Notes: generated from the letters alone by a model not told the origin. A stretch of 51,172 nt of DNA from an uncultured Muribaculaceae bacterium (GCA_964430695.1 CAYSFO010000005.1:1-51172), one strand, 5' to 3'; shown: positions 29,881 to 39,386, counted from the stretch's first letter. Numbers and translations are program-made.

Positions 29881-30314
29881 TAAAAATAATATGTTTAGGA
29901 AAAATAAAAGAAAGTTATTTAATAGATTTAATTGACGATTATCTAAAGAGGATTAGAAAATATCATAAAATAGAGATCATTGAATTAAAAGATGAAGATA
30001 GTCTTTTAAAAGAAGAACAGAGTATTCTTTCCCATATCCAAACAAAAGATTATATAATTACATTAGAAATAGAAGGAAAAGAACTTTCAAGTACAGAATT
30101 TGCAGAACTCATTTCGAAAACATTTATTAACTATAGTAATATTACCTTTATTATTGGAAGTTCTCTAGGACTTTCACCCAAAATTAAAGAAATGAGTAAC
30201 TTCCATTTATCCTGTTCAAAACTAACTTTTCCTCATGGGTTATTTCGTGGCATATTATTAGAGCAAATCTACCGAGCTTTCAAAATTAATAATAATGAAA
30301 GTTATCATAAATAA
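29877..30314 (+). CDS. rlmH: 23S rRNA pseudouridine-1915 methyltransferase
   Basis: FIIGSSLG, LTFPH, EQIYRAFKI and C-terminal YHK. Confidence 0.97.
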   Translation: MIKIICLGKIKESYLIDLIDDYLKRIRKYHKIEIIELKDEDSLLKEEQSILSHIQTKDYIITLEIEGKELSSTEFAELISKTFINYSNITFIIGSSLGLSPKIKEMSNFHLSCSKLTFPHGLFRGILLEQIYRAFKINNNESYHK

Positions 30315-30332
30315 TATAAAAGGAAGTAGAAT

Positions 30333-31544
30333 ATGAAAAAAATGAATAAAGAACTAAAAAAATTATTAATCATTTTAGGCTTGTATTCCCTAGCAGATGG
30401 AATTATCTATATTTTTCAAGAATTATGGATGGCGGAGAATAATTTATCTGTTGGTACAATCAGTACCGTATTTAGCTTATGTGCTATATTATCCGTCTCT
30501 GTCATATTCTTAAGTTCAAACCTAATAAAAAAAGAGAAACTAAAAAAATTTGCAAGCAGTTTGTTTTTAATAAAAGCAATTGTAATGTTTATGTTATTTA
30601 TTTTAAATCACTCAGGTTTAAATATTTTAATTAAATTTTTAATTATGCTCGATTATGTAATTGATGTTGAACTCTGGGCTTCTTTATATCCTTTAATAAC
30701 ATTAATAAAAAAGGATGACAAAATCTATGCCATTAGAGATTTCATATATGACGCTTGTTACTACGTTGGTGTATTTTTAACGGGTATTTTACTTGGAAAA
30801 AGTATAGGTCTTTTACAAATCGATTATAATTTTTATATATTAATTGCCTGTATAATAACATTTATTAGTTTCGGAATCCTACATAAAACAGATTTAGATA
30901 AGTATGTAAAAAAAGAAAAGAATAAAACGACAATAAATGCCTTACAATCGATAGTAAATAAAATGAAAACAGATAAAATATCAAGAATGTATTTATTATA
31001 TGTTTTATTTGGAAGTATATCCTATAGTTGTATCACGGATTTAAAAGTGCTTATTTTAGTAGAATATTTACACTTTTCAGCATCCGCCATATCAAATTAC
31101 AGTATTATTTTAGGAATTGGAGCTGTTGCAGTTGGTGCTTTAGTTATGGAAAAACTAACTTGTAAGAATAACTATATCAACATTCTATTAAAATATGGAA
31201 CAAGATTGTTTCTATACATATTAACATTCATTTTTAGTAATAAATTATTTATTTTAATTGCTTTTATTTTTATATTTTTAAGTAGTGATGCCTATACGCA
31301 CATTACAGATGCCCCTTATGTAAATCGCTATAACAACGATGAACAATTAGCTTTTAATAATTTAAAAGAAATGGTGGATTATATTGCTACAAGCATTGGA
31401 ATATTTTTATGTGGAATTGCTTTGAACTATGGAGTAAGATACATCTTTTTAATCGGTAGTATATTTATTGCCATTCAAATCGTTTTTGCTTTCTATGCAC
31501 TAAATTTAAGAAATCAAGAAAGTAGTGATAAAAATGTTGAATAA
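30333..31544 (+). CDS. MFS-like transporter
   Basis: About 12 TM segments in two halves with a central charged loop; 403 aa. Confidence 0.7.
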   Translation: MKKMNKELKKLLIILGLYSLADGIIYIFQELWMAENNLSVGTISTVFSLCAILSVSVIFLSSNLIKKEKLKKFASSLFLIKAIVMFMLFILNHSGLNILIKFLIMLDYVIDVELWASLYPLITLIKKDDKIYAIRDFIYDACYYVGVFLTGILLGKSIGLLQIDYNFYILIACIITFISFGILHKTDLDKYVKKEKNKTTINALQSIVNKMKTDKISRMYLLYVLFGSISYSCITDLKVLILVEYLHFSASAISNYSIILGIGAVAVGALVMEKLTCKNNYINILLKYGTRLFLYILTFIFSNKLFILIAFIFIFLSSDAYTHITDAPYVNRYNNDEQLAFNNLKEMVDYIATSIGIFLCGIALNYGVRYIFLIGSIFIAIQIVFAFYALNLRNQESSDKNVE

Positions 31545-32205
31545 TGATTGGGACGAAGTCTTAAAAATAGTTTTTGAGGGAGAAGGATTTAAGAAATTTT
31601 ATAATATTGTAGAAAAAGAATACAATACAAAAACAATTTTTCCTCCTAAAGATTATATTTTTAATGCATTAAAGTTAACACCATATAAAAATGTAAAAGT
31701 AGTAATTGTTGGACAAGATCCGTATCATGGAGTAGGTGAAGCACATGGACTTTCTTTTTCCGTTCAAAAAGGAATAAAAGTTCCTCCTTCCTTAAAGAAT
31801 ATCTATAAAGAATTAGAAAGTGATTTGGGCATCCCACCTTATCCAGAAGGAGACTTAACGAGCTGGGCTCGTCAAGGAGTACTGTTATTAAACGCTGTTT
31901 TAACCGTGGAGAAAGATAAGCCGGCAAGTCACAGAAAACTAGGATGGGAACGTTTAACAGATTATATTATTAAAACATTAAATAATAAGGAAGAACCAGT
32001 TGTATTTATTTTATGGGGAAACTTTGCGAAAGAAAAGAAAGTACTGATTACAAATCCAAAGCATCTAGTAATCACTTCTGCACATCCAAGTCCATTTTCT
32101 GCAAATTATGGTTTTTTTGGAAGCCGACCATTTTCCAAAACAAATGACTTTTTAATCAAAAATGGAATTACACCAATTAATTGGGATTTACGAAATAATA
32201 TATAA
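31534..32205 (+). CDS. ung: Uracil-DNA glycosylase
   Basis: GQDPYH, VPPSL.NI, GVLLLN, HPSP. Confidence 0.99.
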   Translation: MLNNDWDEVLKIVFEGEGFKKFYNIVEKEYNTKTIFPPKDYIFNALKLTPYKNVKVVIVGQDPYHGVGEAHGLSFSVQKGIKVPPSLKNIYKELESDLGIPPYPEGDLTSWARQGVLLLNAVLTVEKDKPASHRKLGWERLTDYIIKTLNNKEEPVVFILWGNFAKEKKVLITNPKHLVITSAHPSPFSANYGFFGSRPFSKTNDFLIKNGITPINWDLRNNI

Positions 32206-32284
32206 TTTTTTATATCAAACGAAGGGTAAAATAGAAACTTCGTTTTTTTATTTAAACAAAACTTAATTCAAAAAAATAAATATG

Positions 32285-32315
32285 TGTTATAATATTTAAT
32301 AAGTTTTTCGGGGGA
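32285..32315 (+). promoter_or_regulatory. Extended -10 promoter and SD of the repeat-protein operon
   Basis: TGtTATAAT at 32285-32293 and GGGGGA at 32310; no clear -35 element. Confidence 0.6.
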
Positions 32316-32323
32316 ATGGATCT

Positions 32324-34267
32324 ATGAGTCAGAGAATTTGGACCAAAGAAGAAGATGAATATATAAAAAACAATTTTGGAAACAAAACTTTTAGTGAAAT
32401 GGCAGAACACATTGGATGTGCAATAACTACAGTGCAAAACAGAGCAAAAGTTCTAGGCTTCGAAGTAGAAAAGAAAACAGTAAGAAGATGGACAACAGAA
32501 GAAATAGATTTATTAAAAATAATGGCTCCAAAATATTTAAATAAAACGATTGCAAAAAAACTTGATAGATCCCTACAAGAAGTGAATAAAAAAGCCAGAG
32601 AATTAGGAATTGAGTTAATTTTTAAAAGACCTATATGGAAAAAATGGAAAGTAAAATTTTTAAAAGAAAATATTAACAATTTATCATTAGCTCAGATTCA
32701 AAAAGAGTTAGATGTACAATATTATCAAATTATGGATAAACTTGATGAACTTGGTATTGCATATGAGAATGACTTTTGGAGTGAAGAAGAGATAAACATT
32801 TTAATTGAATTATCTAATAAAGTATATATAAAGGAAATTGCTAAAGTTTTAAATAGAACAGAAGGAGCAATTCTCACAAAAGCAAATAAAATGGGATTAG
32901 ATTATATTACATTAAAAAAAGCTTATACGGAAGAAGAACTAAAATATATAAAAGATAATTGGGGCATTGTTCCCGTTACTGATATGGCAAGAAATTTAGG
33001 TGTAAGTAGAATAATGATTCAAGCCCAAGCAGATAAAATGAATCTTCCAAAGTTAGGTAAGAATCCATATAAAAAATGGACAGAAGAAAAATTAGCGAAA
33101 TTAAGCAATTTAGCAGCTAAAAAATCTGTCACTGAATTAGCAAAATATTTTAAAACAACAAATGATGCCATAACAACAGTAGCTTATGTAAACGGAATAC
33201 AGTTAAATGATGATAAAATACATTGGACGGAAGAAGATAATGCATTTTTAAAAGAATTAGCAAAGACTTTGGATTTATCAGAAATAGCAACTAAAATGAA
33301 TAGAACTACTTCTGCTGTTCGTTTACAAGCAGAAAGACAAAACCTAAAGTTACTACCAAATAAAAAATTTGCCGAAAGTGTATGGACAGAAGAAAATACA
33401 AAAGAATTAAAAACGCTAGTAGAGGAAGATAAATCTTTATTAGAGATTTGTAGTTTAATGAATAAAAAAGATGCTACAGTGGTAAAAAAGGCGAAAGAGT
33501 TAAATATAGATATAAAACAAGAAGAATACAGAAAGTGGCCTGAAGAAGAAATAAATCGCTTAAGAGAACTATCGAAAACGAAAAAAATAAGTGAATTAGT
33601 TAAAGAGTTTAATCGTTCAAGTAATTCAATTAAAGCAATGGCAAAAAAATTAGGCATTACTTTAATAAGTGATAGAAAAAATTGGACAGAAGAAGAATTT
33701 GAACTTTTGGAAAAGTTAACGATGGTTGATAAGAAAACTCCAAAAGAAATAGCAGAAATCCTTGGAAGAACGGAAGATGCAGTAATTATTAAAATAAATA
33801 GAAGAGGATTACAAATTCAGACAAATGACAAAAGGTTTTGGACAGAGGAAGAGGAAACTTTATTATCTGATTTATGGGGCACAAAATCGTTTGAATATAT
33901 TGCTAAAAAATTAAATAGAACTGTATCATCAATTAAGAATAAGGCCTTTCTTTTAGGATTAGGTTCTGCCATGGAAAACAATTATAATGGTCTAACCATT
34001 AGAGATATTAGTGATTTGTTAGGAATAGATATAAATACAGTAAGTGTTGGTTGGGTCAGTTTAGGGCTTAAGTACCAAGTTCAAACAGTCACGAATGCAA
34101 AAAGTTATAGATATGTAGAAATAAAAGATTTATATGATTTTTTAGAAGCCAACCAAAATATATGGGATAGTAGAAATCTAGAAAGAAATATTTTAGGTGC
34201 TGAACCTGAATGGTTAAAGGAAAAAAGAAAAAAAGATGAGCAAGAACAAGACCGGGGGGGGGGGTAG
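32324..34267 (+). CDS. Tandem Myb/HTH-like repeat protein A (11 repeats plus MerR/excisionase-like domain); extends to 34400 if the G tract is G10
   Basis: Eleven ~50-aa units of the form W(T)xEExxxL...IAxxLxRoxxAIxxKAxxLG; the ORF stops immediately after G11. Confidence 0.85.
   Translation: MSQRIWTKEEDEYIKNNFGNKTFSEMAEHIGCAITTVQNRAKVLGFEVEKKTVRRWTTEEIDLLKIMAPKYLNKTIAKKLDRSLQEVNKKARELGIELIFKRPIWKKWKVKFLKENINNLSLAQIQKELDVQYYQIMDKLDELGIAYENDFWSEEEINILIELSNKVYIKEIAKVLNRTEGAILTKANKMGLDYITLKKAYTEEELKYIKDNWGIVPVTDMARNLGVSRIMIQAQADKMNLPKLGKNPYKKWTEEKLAKLSNLAAKKSVTELAKYFKTTNDAITTVAYVNGIQLNDDKIHWTEEDNAFLKELAKTLDLSEIATKMNRTTSAVRLQAERQNLKLLPNKKFAESVWTEENTKELKTLVEEDKSLLEICSLMNKKDATVVKKAKELNIDIKQEEYRKWPEEEINRLRELSKTKKISELVKEFNRSSNSIKAMAKKLGITLISDRKNWTEEEFELLEKLTMVDKKTPKEIAEILGRTEDAVIIKINRRGLQIQTNDKRFWTEEEETLLSDLWGTKSFEYIAKKLNRTVSSIKNKAFLLGLGSAMENNYNGLTIRDISDLLGIDINTVSVGWVSLGLKYQVQTVTNAKSYRYVEIKDLYDFLEANQNIWDSRNLERNILGAEPEWLKEKRKKDEQEQDRGGG
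34254..34264 (+). repeat. G11 homopolymer, candidate phase-variation tract
   Basis: gacc-GGGGGGGGGGG-tag; the longest G run seen in this AT-rich window. Confidence 0.9.
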
Positions 34268-34396
34268 CCGATTAAATTTAACTCGGCAACAATTAATACT
34301 TGCTCGAAAATTTTTCTTAGAATTACAAGATGCAGCAGAAATAGATAAAGAATCATCTATTGAAGACCAAAGTCCACAATCAAGAGGTAGAAGAAA

Positions 34397-36787
34397 ATGA
34401 AGCAAAAGTTTTATTGGACGGAAGAAAAAATAGAACAATTAAAAATTGTTTGGAATACAAAATCTTTATATAAGATTGCTGCAGATTTTCATACGACAGA
34501 AGAAACGATAAAACAAAAAGCGAGTGAAATTGGTTTAGAAGAATATAAAAGTAATCGTTGGACAAAAGAGGAAGAACAGCTTCTTCGTGAATATGCAAAA
34601 AAATATGTCACAAAAACAATAGCCAAAAAATTAGGAAGAAGTTATTTGGCTATTCAAAAAAAAGCAATCAAGTTAGGCATTGAATTACATTCATCCCCTA
34701 ATCCATGGAAAAAATGGATGATAGATTACTTAAAAGATAACATTAATAAACAACCTATAGGTCAAATAGAAGCAATGATTGGATTAAGTTATCGTACAAT
34801 ACTAACAAAATGTAAAGAACTAGGAATTGAATACAAAAAAGAAAATTGGACGGAAGAAGAAATAAATATTTTAAGAAAATATGCAGATAAATGTCATTAT
34901 ACGGAATTAACGAAAGTATTACCAAATAGAACACTTGGTGCTATCACTGCAAAAGCCTATGAATTAGGGATTAAAACGATTTCTAACTATACAAAACTAG
35001 AGGATAAACAAATCGAATATATAAAAGAAAATTGGGGGAAAATACCTGCTACAGAAATAGCAAGAAATTTAAAAATTAGTATTGGCGTTTTAAATAGGTA
35101 TAAAAAAGAATTAAATCTTCCAAACACAGGACAACAAAAAAAGTGGACGGAAGAAATAATAAATAAGCTTAGAAAAGATGCTAAAACAAAAACTAGAAAT
35201 GAACTAGCCAAGAAATATAAAACATCCCCTGCGCAAATTTCTACAATAGCTAGAAAAAATGATATTAAATTAATAGATTCAAAAATTGTATGGACTGAAG
35301 AATTAGTAAGTCGTTTAGAAAAACTAATAGACCAAGAATTAGGAATAAGTGAAATTGCCAAAGAAATGAATATGAAAACGTATGCAATCAGAGAGCAAGT
35401 TAGAAAAATATGTGGGGATAATTTTGTGAATCCAAGTTCTAAAGTCATGAGATGGACAAAGGACGAAGTGAATCAATTAATTCGTTTATCAAAAACGTAT
35501 ACAATGGAAGAAATAGCAGAAATGCTTAACAAAACAGAAAGACAAGTATATAACAAATTAGCAAAGCTTGGGATTTCAATCAATAAAAATAAAAAAAATG
35601 TATGGACAGAAAAAGATACCCAAATATTAATCAATTTACATGATAGTTATGAACTTCATCTTATTTCAAAAGTTATGAAGAAACCTGAACCTAGCATTCG
35701 TGAAAAGGCGAAAGTTTTAGGCTTAGAGCTAAAATTTAAAAATAAAACAAGATGGACATTAGCAGAAGAGCAATTATTAAGGGAATATGCGAGTAATTAT
35801 ACAGTAAATGAAATTGCTTATCTTTTAGAACGTACGACTTCATCCGTGAATGGAAAATTGAGATACATGGGAATTAAAGCTCTTCCAAGTTTAAAATTTT
35901 GGACACCGGAAGAGGAAGAAGAACTAAAAAGACTATCAAGTGATTTATCAATAGAAGAAATAGCAAAAAAAATGAATAAATCTTATGAATCGATTAGGGA
36001 AAAGCTATATCATCTGGGAATAAAAGCAAAAAATTATTCTAATAAAAGATGGACACTGGAAGAGGAAGAGCAATTATTAGAATTATTAACTTCTTATTCA
36101 TCATTTGAAGTTGCTGAGATTCTAGAAAGAAGTGAAGAAGCAATCATTGTGCATGCAATAAGTCTAGGATACATGATTGATGTAAAACATAGGAAGTGGA
36201 CGAAAGAAGAAGAAACGCAGTTATCTGATTTATGGGGATCAAAATCAATAGAAAGTATTGCTAAAATCCTAAATAGAACAGAATCTTCTATTATAAATAG
36301 AGTACATGTTTTGGGACTTGGATCACAAATAGAAAATAATTATGATGGACTTCGAATTCAAGAAATTGCAGATATATTTCAAGTGAATAGGAATGTTATT
36401 TTAACATCATGGGTGAGTTTAGGGTTAAAAATAAGTTTTAGAAAAAGATCAAATCAGAGTATATATTCTTATGTTCAAATAGATGACTTATATTCATTTT
36501 TAGAAGTAAATCAAAACATATGGGATAGTAGAAATTTAGAGAAAAATATGTTAGGAACAGAACCCGAGTGGTTGAAAGAAAAAAGAAGGAAAGATAAATC
36601 ATTATCGCCTAATGCGTTTAGGTTAGAAAACTTAACCAAACAACAATTATTATTAACTAGACAATATTATTTAAATGCAAAACAGGTGAATGAAAGTGTA
36701 GAAAATAGTGAAGGTACAGCAGATCCTATATTAATTAGAAAAAAAGAACAAGAAAAAGAAGATTGTAATAAAAATAGAGAATTATAG
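34397..36787 (+). CDS. Tandem Myb/HTH-like repeat protein B (13 repeats plus MerR/excisionase-like domain)
   Basis: Thirteen units. Shares LSDLWG, ENNY.GL, WVSLGLK and NQNIWDSRNLE.N.LG.EPEWLKEKR with protein A. Confidence 0.88.
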   Translation: MKQKFYWTEEKIEQLKIVWNTKSLYKIAADFHTTEETIKQKASEIGLEEYKSNRWTKEEEQLLREYAKKYVTKTIAKKLGRSYLAIQKKAIKLGIELHSSPNPWKKWMIDYLKDNINKQPIGQIEAMIGLSYRTILTKCKELGIEYKKENWTEEEINILRKYADKCHYTELTKVLPNRTLGAITAKAYELGIKTISNYTKLEDKQIEYIKENWGKIPATEIARNLKISIGVLNRYKKELNLPNTGQQKKWTEEIINKLRKDAKTKTRNELAKKYKTSPAQISTIARKNDIKLIDSKIVWTEELVSRLEKLIDQELGISEIAKEMNMKTYAIREQVRKICGDNFVNPSSKVMRWTKDEVNQLIRLSKTYTMEEIAEMLNKTERQVYNKLAKLGISINKNKKNVWTEKDTQILINLHDSYELHLISKVMKKPEPSIREKAKVLGLELKFKNKTRWTLAEEQLLREYASNYTVNEIAYLLERTTSSVNGKLRYMGIKALPSLKFWTPEEEEELKRLSSDLSIEEIAKKMNKSYESIREKLYHLGIKAKNYSNKRWTLEEEEQLLELLTSYSSFEVAEILERSEEAIIVHAISLGYMIDVKHRKWTKEEETQLSDLWGSKSIESIAKILNRTESSIINRVHVLGLGSQIENNYDGLRIQEIADIFQVNRNVILTSWVSLGLKISFRKRSNQSIYSYVQIDDLYSFLEVNQNIWDSRNLEKNMLGTEPEWLKEKRRKDKSLSPNAFRLENLTKQQLLLTRQYYLNAKQVNESVENSEGTADPILIRKKEQEKEDCNKNREL

Positions 36788-36841
36788 ATTTATTTGTATC
36801 AACTGTTTAATAAACTTAATGACTAAGAAGGTGTCAATTAT

Positions 36842-37327
36842 ATGCGAGGACAAGCACATGAATTTACCAAAGAAGAAATTAAATATATAGTAGATAATTG
36901 GGGAAAAGAATCGCCTCATAGTATGAAAAAGAAATTGGGTTGTACTTGGTATGCGATTAGTAAAGTAGCTACACTTCATGGTCTTGAACTTCCTACATCG
37001 AATAAATGGACGGAAGAAGAAATAAAACAAGCAGAAGATCTATTTAAAACTGGTAAGAATTATTTAGAAATAGCCAAAACAATAAATAGGAGTGAATGGG
37101 CAGTTGCTAATTTACTTAGAAACATGGGCTATAGTTATATGCTCCCACAATTTTGGAAAGAGGAAGAACTAAAATATTTAAGAGAAAATTATGAAAATAT
37201 GACTTATGCAGAAATAGCAGAGGCATTAGGAAGAACAACAAAAGCAATTGGTGCGAAAGCAGAAGAACTAGGATATCAAAAAAGATTAAAAAGAACAAAA
37301 AATAAAGGTGGCGAAAGCAATGGCTAA
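36842..37327 (+). CDS. Small three-repeat Myb/HTH-like protein C
   Basis: FTKEE, WTEEE and WKEEE units; its stop overlaps the start of the sigma gene. Confidence 0.85.
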   Translation: MRGQAHEFTKEEIKYIVDNWGKESPHSMKKKLGCTWYAISKVATLHGLELPTSNKWTEEEIKQAEDLFKTGKNYLEIAKTINRSEWAVANLLRNMGYSYMLPQFWKEEELKYLRENYENMTYAEIAEALGRTTKAIGAKAEELGYQKRLKRTKNKGGESNG

Positions 37328-37967
37328 AAGATTAAACTTAGAAGAAACAGAAAAATGTTTAAGAGCATGGAGAGAATGCCAAGACGAGAATGCTTTATTA
37401 CTATTAGTTACTTGTAATGGAGGATTAATTACACATATTGCAAAAAGAAATTTAAAAGATGGACCCACTTTTGAAGATTTATTTTCCGCGGGAAAGGAAG
37501 GATTAATAAAAGCAATAGAAAATTTTAATTACAATGAATATGGAATTCAATCCTTTAGTTCTTATATATCTCATTATATAGAAGGATATATACTAAGGGA
37601 AAAACAAAGATTTACTAAACATAATCATGTATTAAGTTTTGAACAGCCCATTGGACAGAATAAAAATGGCGATGAAATGAGAATAGAAGATATAGTGGGT
37701 ACAGATGCTGAGCAATTAATAGAAAATGTTATATCCGAAATGCAGATTGATATTGTACGCGAAGCGTTGCAATGTTTAACCTCTAAAGAGCAACAAATCA
37801 TTTTATTGCGCTATGGTCTAGATGAAACCTACAGGAAAACACAAGAAGAAGTGGCACAAATACTTAATTGCTCGCAAGCACAAATTGCTCGAATCGAACA
37901 AAAAGCCCTAGTAAAAATGAGACATCCTAGAAATACAAGAAAACTGAAAGATTTTATAGATGAGTAA
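37320..37967 (+). CDS. Alternative sigma-70 family factor (SigE/SigK-like, no pro-sequence)
   Basis: Region 2 EDLFSAGKEGLIKAIENF; region 3 LSFEQPIG...G.E..IEDIVGTD; region 4 LRYGL...KTQEEVAQIL..SQ..IARIEQKAL. ATG 37320 follows SD AAAGGTGG. Confidence 0.9.
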   Translation: MAKRLNLEETEKCLRAWRECQDENALLLLVTCNGGLITHIAKRNLKDGPTFEDLFSAGKEGLIKAIENFNYNEYGIQSFSSYISHYIEGYILREKQRFTKHNHVLSFEQPIGQNKNGDEMRIEDIVGTDAEQLIENVISEMQIDIVREALQCLTSKEQQIILLRYGLDETYRKTQEEVAQILNCSQAQIARIEQKALVKMRHPRNTRKLKDFIDE

Positions 37968-38001
37968 ACTGTTTTGATGAGGTGTAATAGAATAAAAAAA
38001 T

Positions 38002-38547
38002 CTATAATTTAAAATCATTATAGATATCATCGGTCATATCTTTTCCATCAAAGAAAGCACTTATTTTAAACTTATGAACTTTAGCTACAATATTAGAAGG
38101 AAATTTTCGAATAAGGCCATTTAGTTCATTTGTATTCTTGTTATAAAAACTTGTAACGGCAGTAATTTTTTCATCAGAAACTTTAATAGAAGCAAAAATT
38201 TCTTTTAACTCTTTATTGCTTTGCAATTCGTGATAGTCGTCCTTAAATTTATTTAATATGTTAAATGCTTCCTTTAACTTGCGATCCATTAAAAAATTAG
38301 TAACTTGTTTATTTTTTAGTTGAATGTATTCCTTAAAATATTCCTTGCCGTCATTTAAAGTTGATTTCACAATATTATCTGCTCTTACCAAAATATCGTA
38401 GCGACCTCTTAATGTTTCATCTATTAGCCCTTCTGCCTGCTCTATCTTTGTTTTTAAATATTGCATTTTATTATAATACATAATATAGACAATTCCACCT
38501 ATAGATAGAACAATAATAATTAACAATAAAATATAAAAAAAACTCAT
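38002..38547 (-). CDS. lemA: LemA family protein
   Basis: N-terminal TM, YYN, ID..LR.RYD, FYN.....LN..IRKFPSNIVA. Confidence 0.88.
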   Translation of the reverse strand: MSFFYILLLIIIVLSIGGIVYIMYYNKMQYLKTKIEQAEGLIDETLRGRYDILVRADNIVKSTLNDGKEYFKEYIQLKNKQVTNFLMDRKLKEAFNILNKFKDDYHELQSNKELKEIFASIKVSDEKITAVTSFYNKNTNELNGLIRKFPSNIVAKVHKFKISAFFDGKDMTDDIYNDFKL

Positions 38548-38647
38548 AAAACTTCACCTTATTCTTTAAAATATTATATCATTGTTTTCTAAAATTTTTA
38601 ATACCTAATTCTTCATGCTATAATAATTTACAGAAAAGAGGAATAAA

Positions 38648-39145
38648 ATGAAAATAAAACAAATTCCTGTTGGTTATTTACAAGCCAATTGTTATATACT
38701 TGTGAAAGATAACCAAGCAATTATTATTGATCCAGGAGAGGAAGCAGAAAAAATTGAAAAACATTTAGAAAATTTAGAAGTAATAGGTATTTTACTTACA
38801 CATTCTCATTTTGACCATATTGGTGCCCTTTCTTATTTTGAAAATAAATTTCATATAAAACATAATGAACCAATTCAAAATTTTACTTACGAAGTTCTAA
38901 AAACACCAGGACACTCCAAAGATTCAGTAACTTTTTATTTTCCAAATGCAAAAGTGATGTTTACAGGAGATTTTTTATTTAAAGGAACCATTGGTCGAAT
39001 GGACTTACAAGGCGGAAGTGAAAATGAAATGAAAGAAAGCTTAGAAGAAATTTCTAAATATCCAGACGATATTGTAATTTACCCAGGACATGGAGAAAAA
39101 ACAATGCTTGGAGAAGAGAAAAAATTGTTTACATATTACTTTTAA
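38648..39145 (+). CDS. Glyoxalase II-like MBL-fold hydrolase
   Basis: NCY, IDPG, THSHFDHIG, TPGH, FTGD, YPGHG. Confidence 0.92.
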   Translation: MKIKQIPVGYLQANCYILVKDNQAIIIDPGEEAEKIEKHLENLEVIGILLTHSHFDHIGALSYFENKFHIKHNEPIQNFTYEVLKTPGHSKDSVTFYFPNAKVMFTGDFLFKGTIGRMDLQGGSENEMKESLEEISKYPDDIVIYPGHGEKTMLGEEKKLFTYYF

Positions 39146-39198
39146 ATTATTAATTAGTTTATAATAGTGAATTGCTAATAGTAAAGAATTTCAAAGAG

Positions 39199-39225
39199 AA
39201 ACAAGAATCATGCGGTTCTTGTTTT
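39199..39225 (+). terminator. Intrinsic terminator
   Basis: AAACAAGAATC-atgc-GGTTCTTGTTTT. Confidence 0.7.
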
Positions 39226-39269
39226 AAAATGTCTTTTTTTATTTCGTTTAAAACATTCATGACTTGACT

Positions 39270-39328
39270 ATGCTATTGCCTATAATAGCATTAAAAAGTA
39301 TTGACAATTTGCGAAATATTTGTATAAT
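39270..39328 (+). promoter_or_regulatory. Palindrome plus consensus sigma-A promoter for the lipoprotein-sipW cluster
   Basis: ATGCTATT-N6-AATAGCAT at 39270-39291, then TTGACA(39301)-16-TATAAT(39323). Confidence 0.7.
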
Positions 39329-39386
39329 AAACGAACAAAAAAAGGAAATAGAATGAATTATGAAAACAGAAAGAGGAGGGGAATGG

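Noticed and set aside
30290-30332. SCC-like integration at the rlmH 3' end
   Set aside because: No recombinase gene in the window, and I found no downstream direct repeat of the GAAAGTTATCATAA end.
32324-37327. Recent DNA-level tandem repeats, true TALE repeats, or transfer of a eukaryotic Myb gene
   Set aside because: The repeats are highly diverged at DNA level, about 50 aa rather than 34 aa, lack the regular three-Trp Myb pattern, and have host-like AT content.
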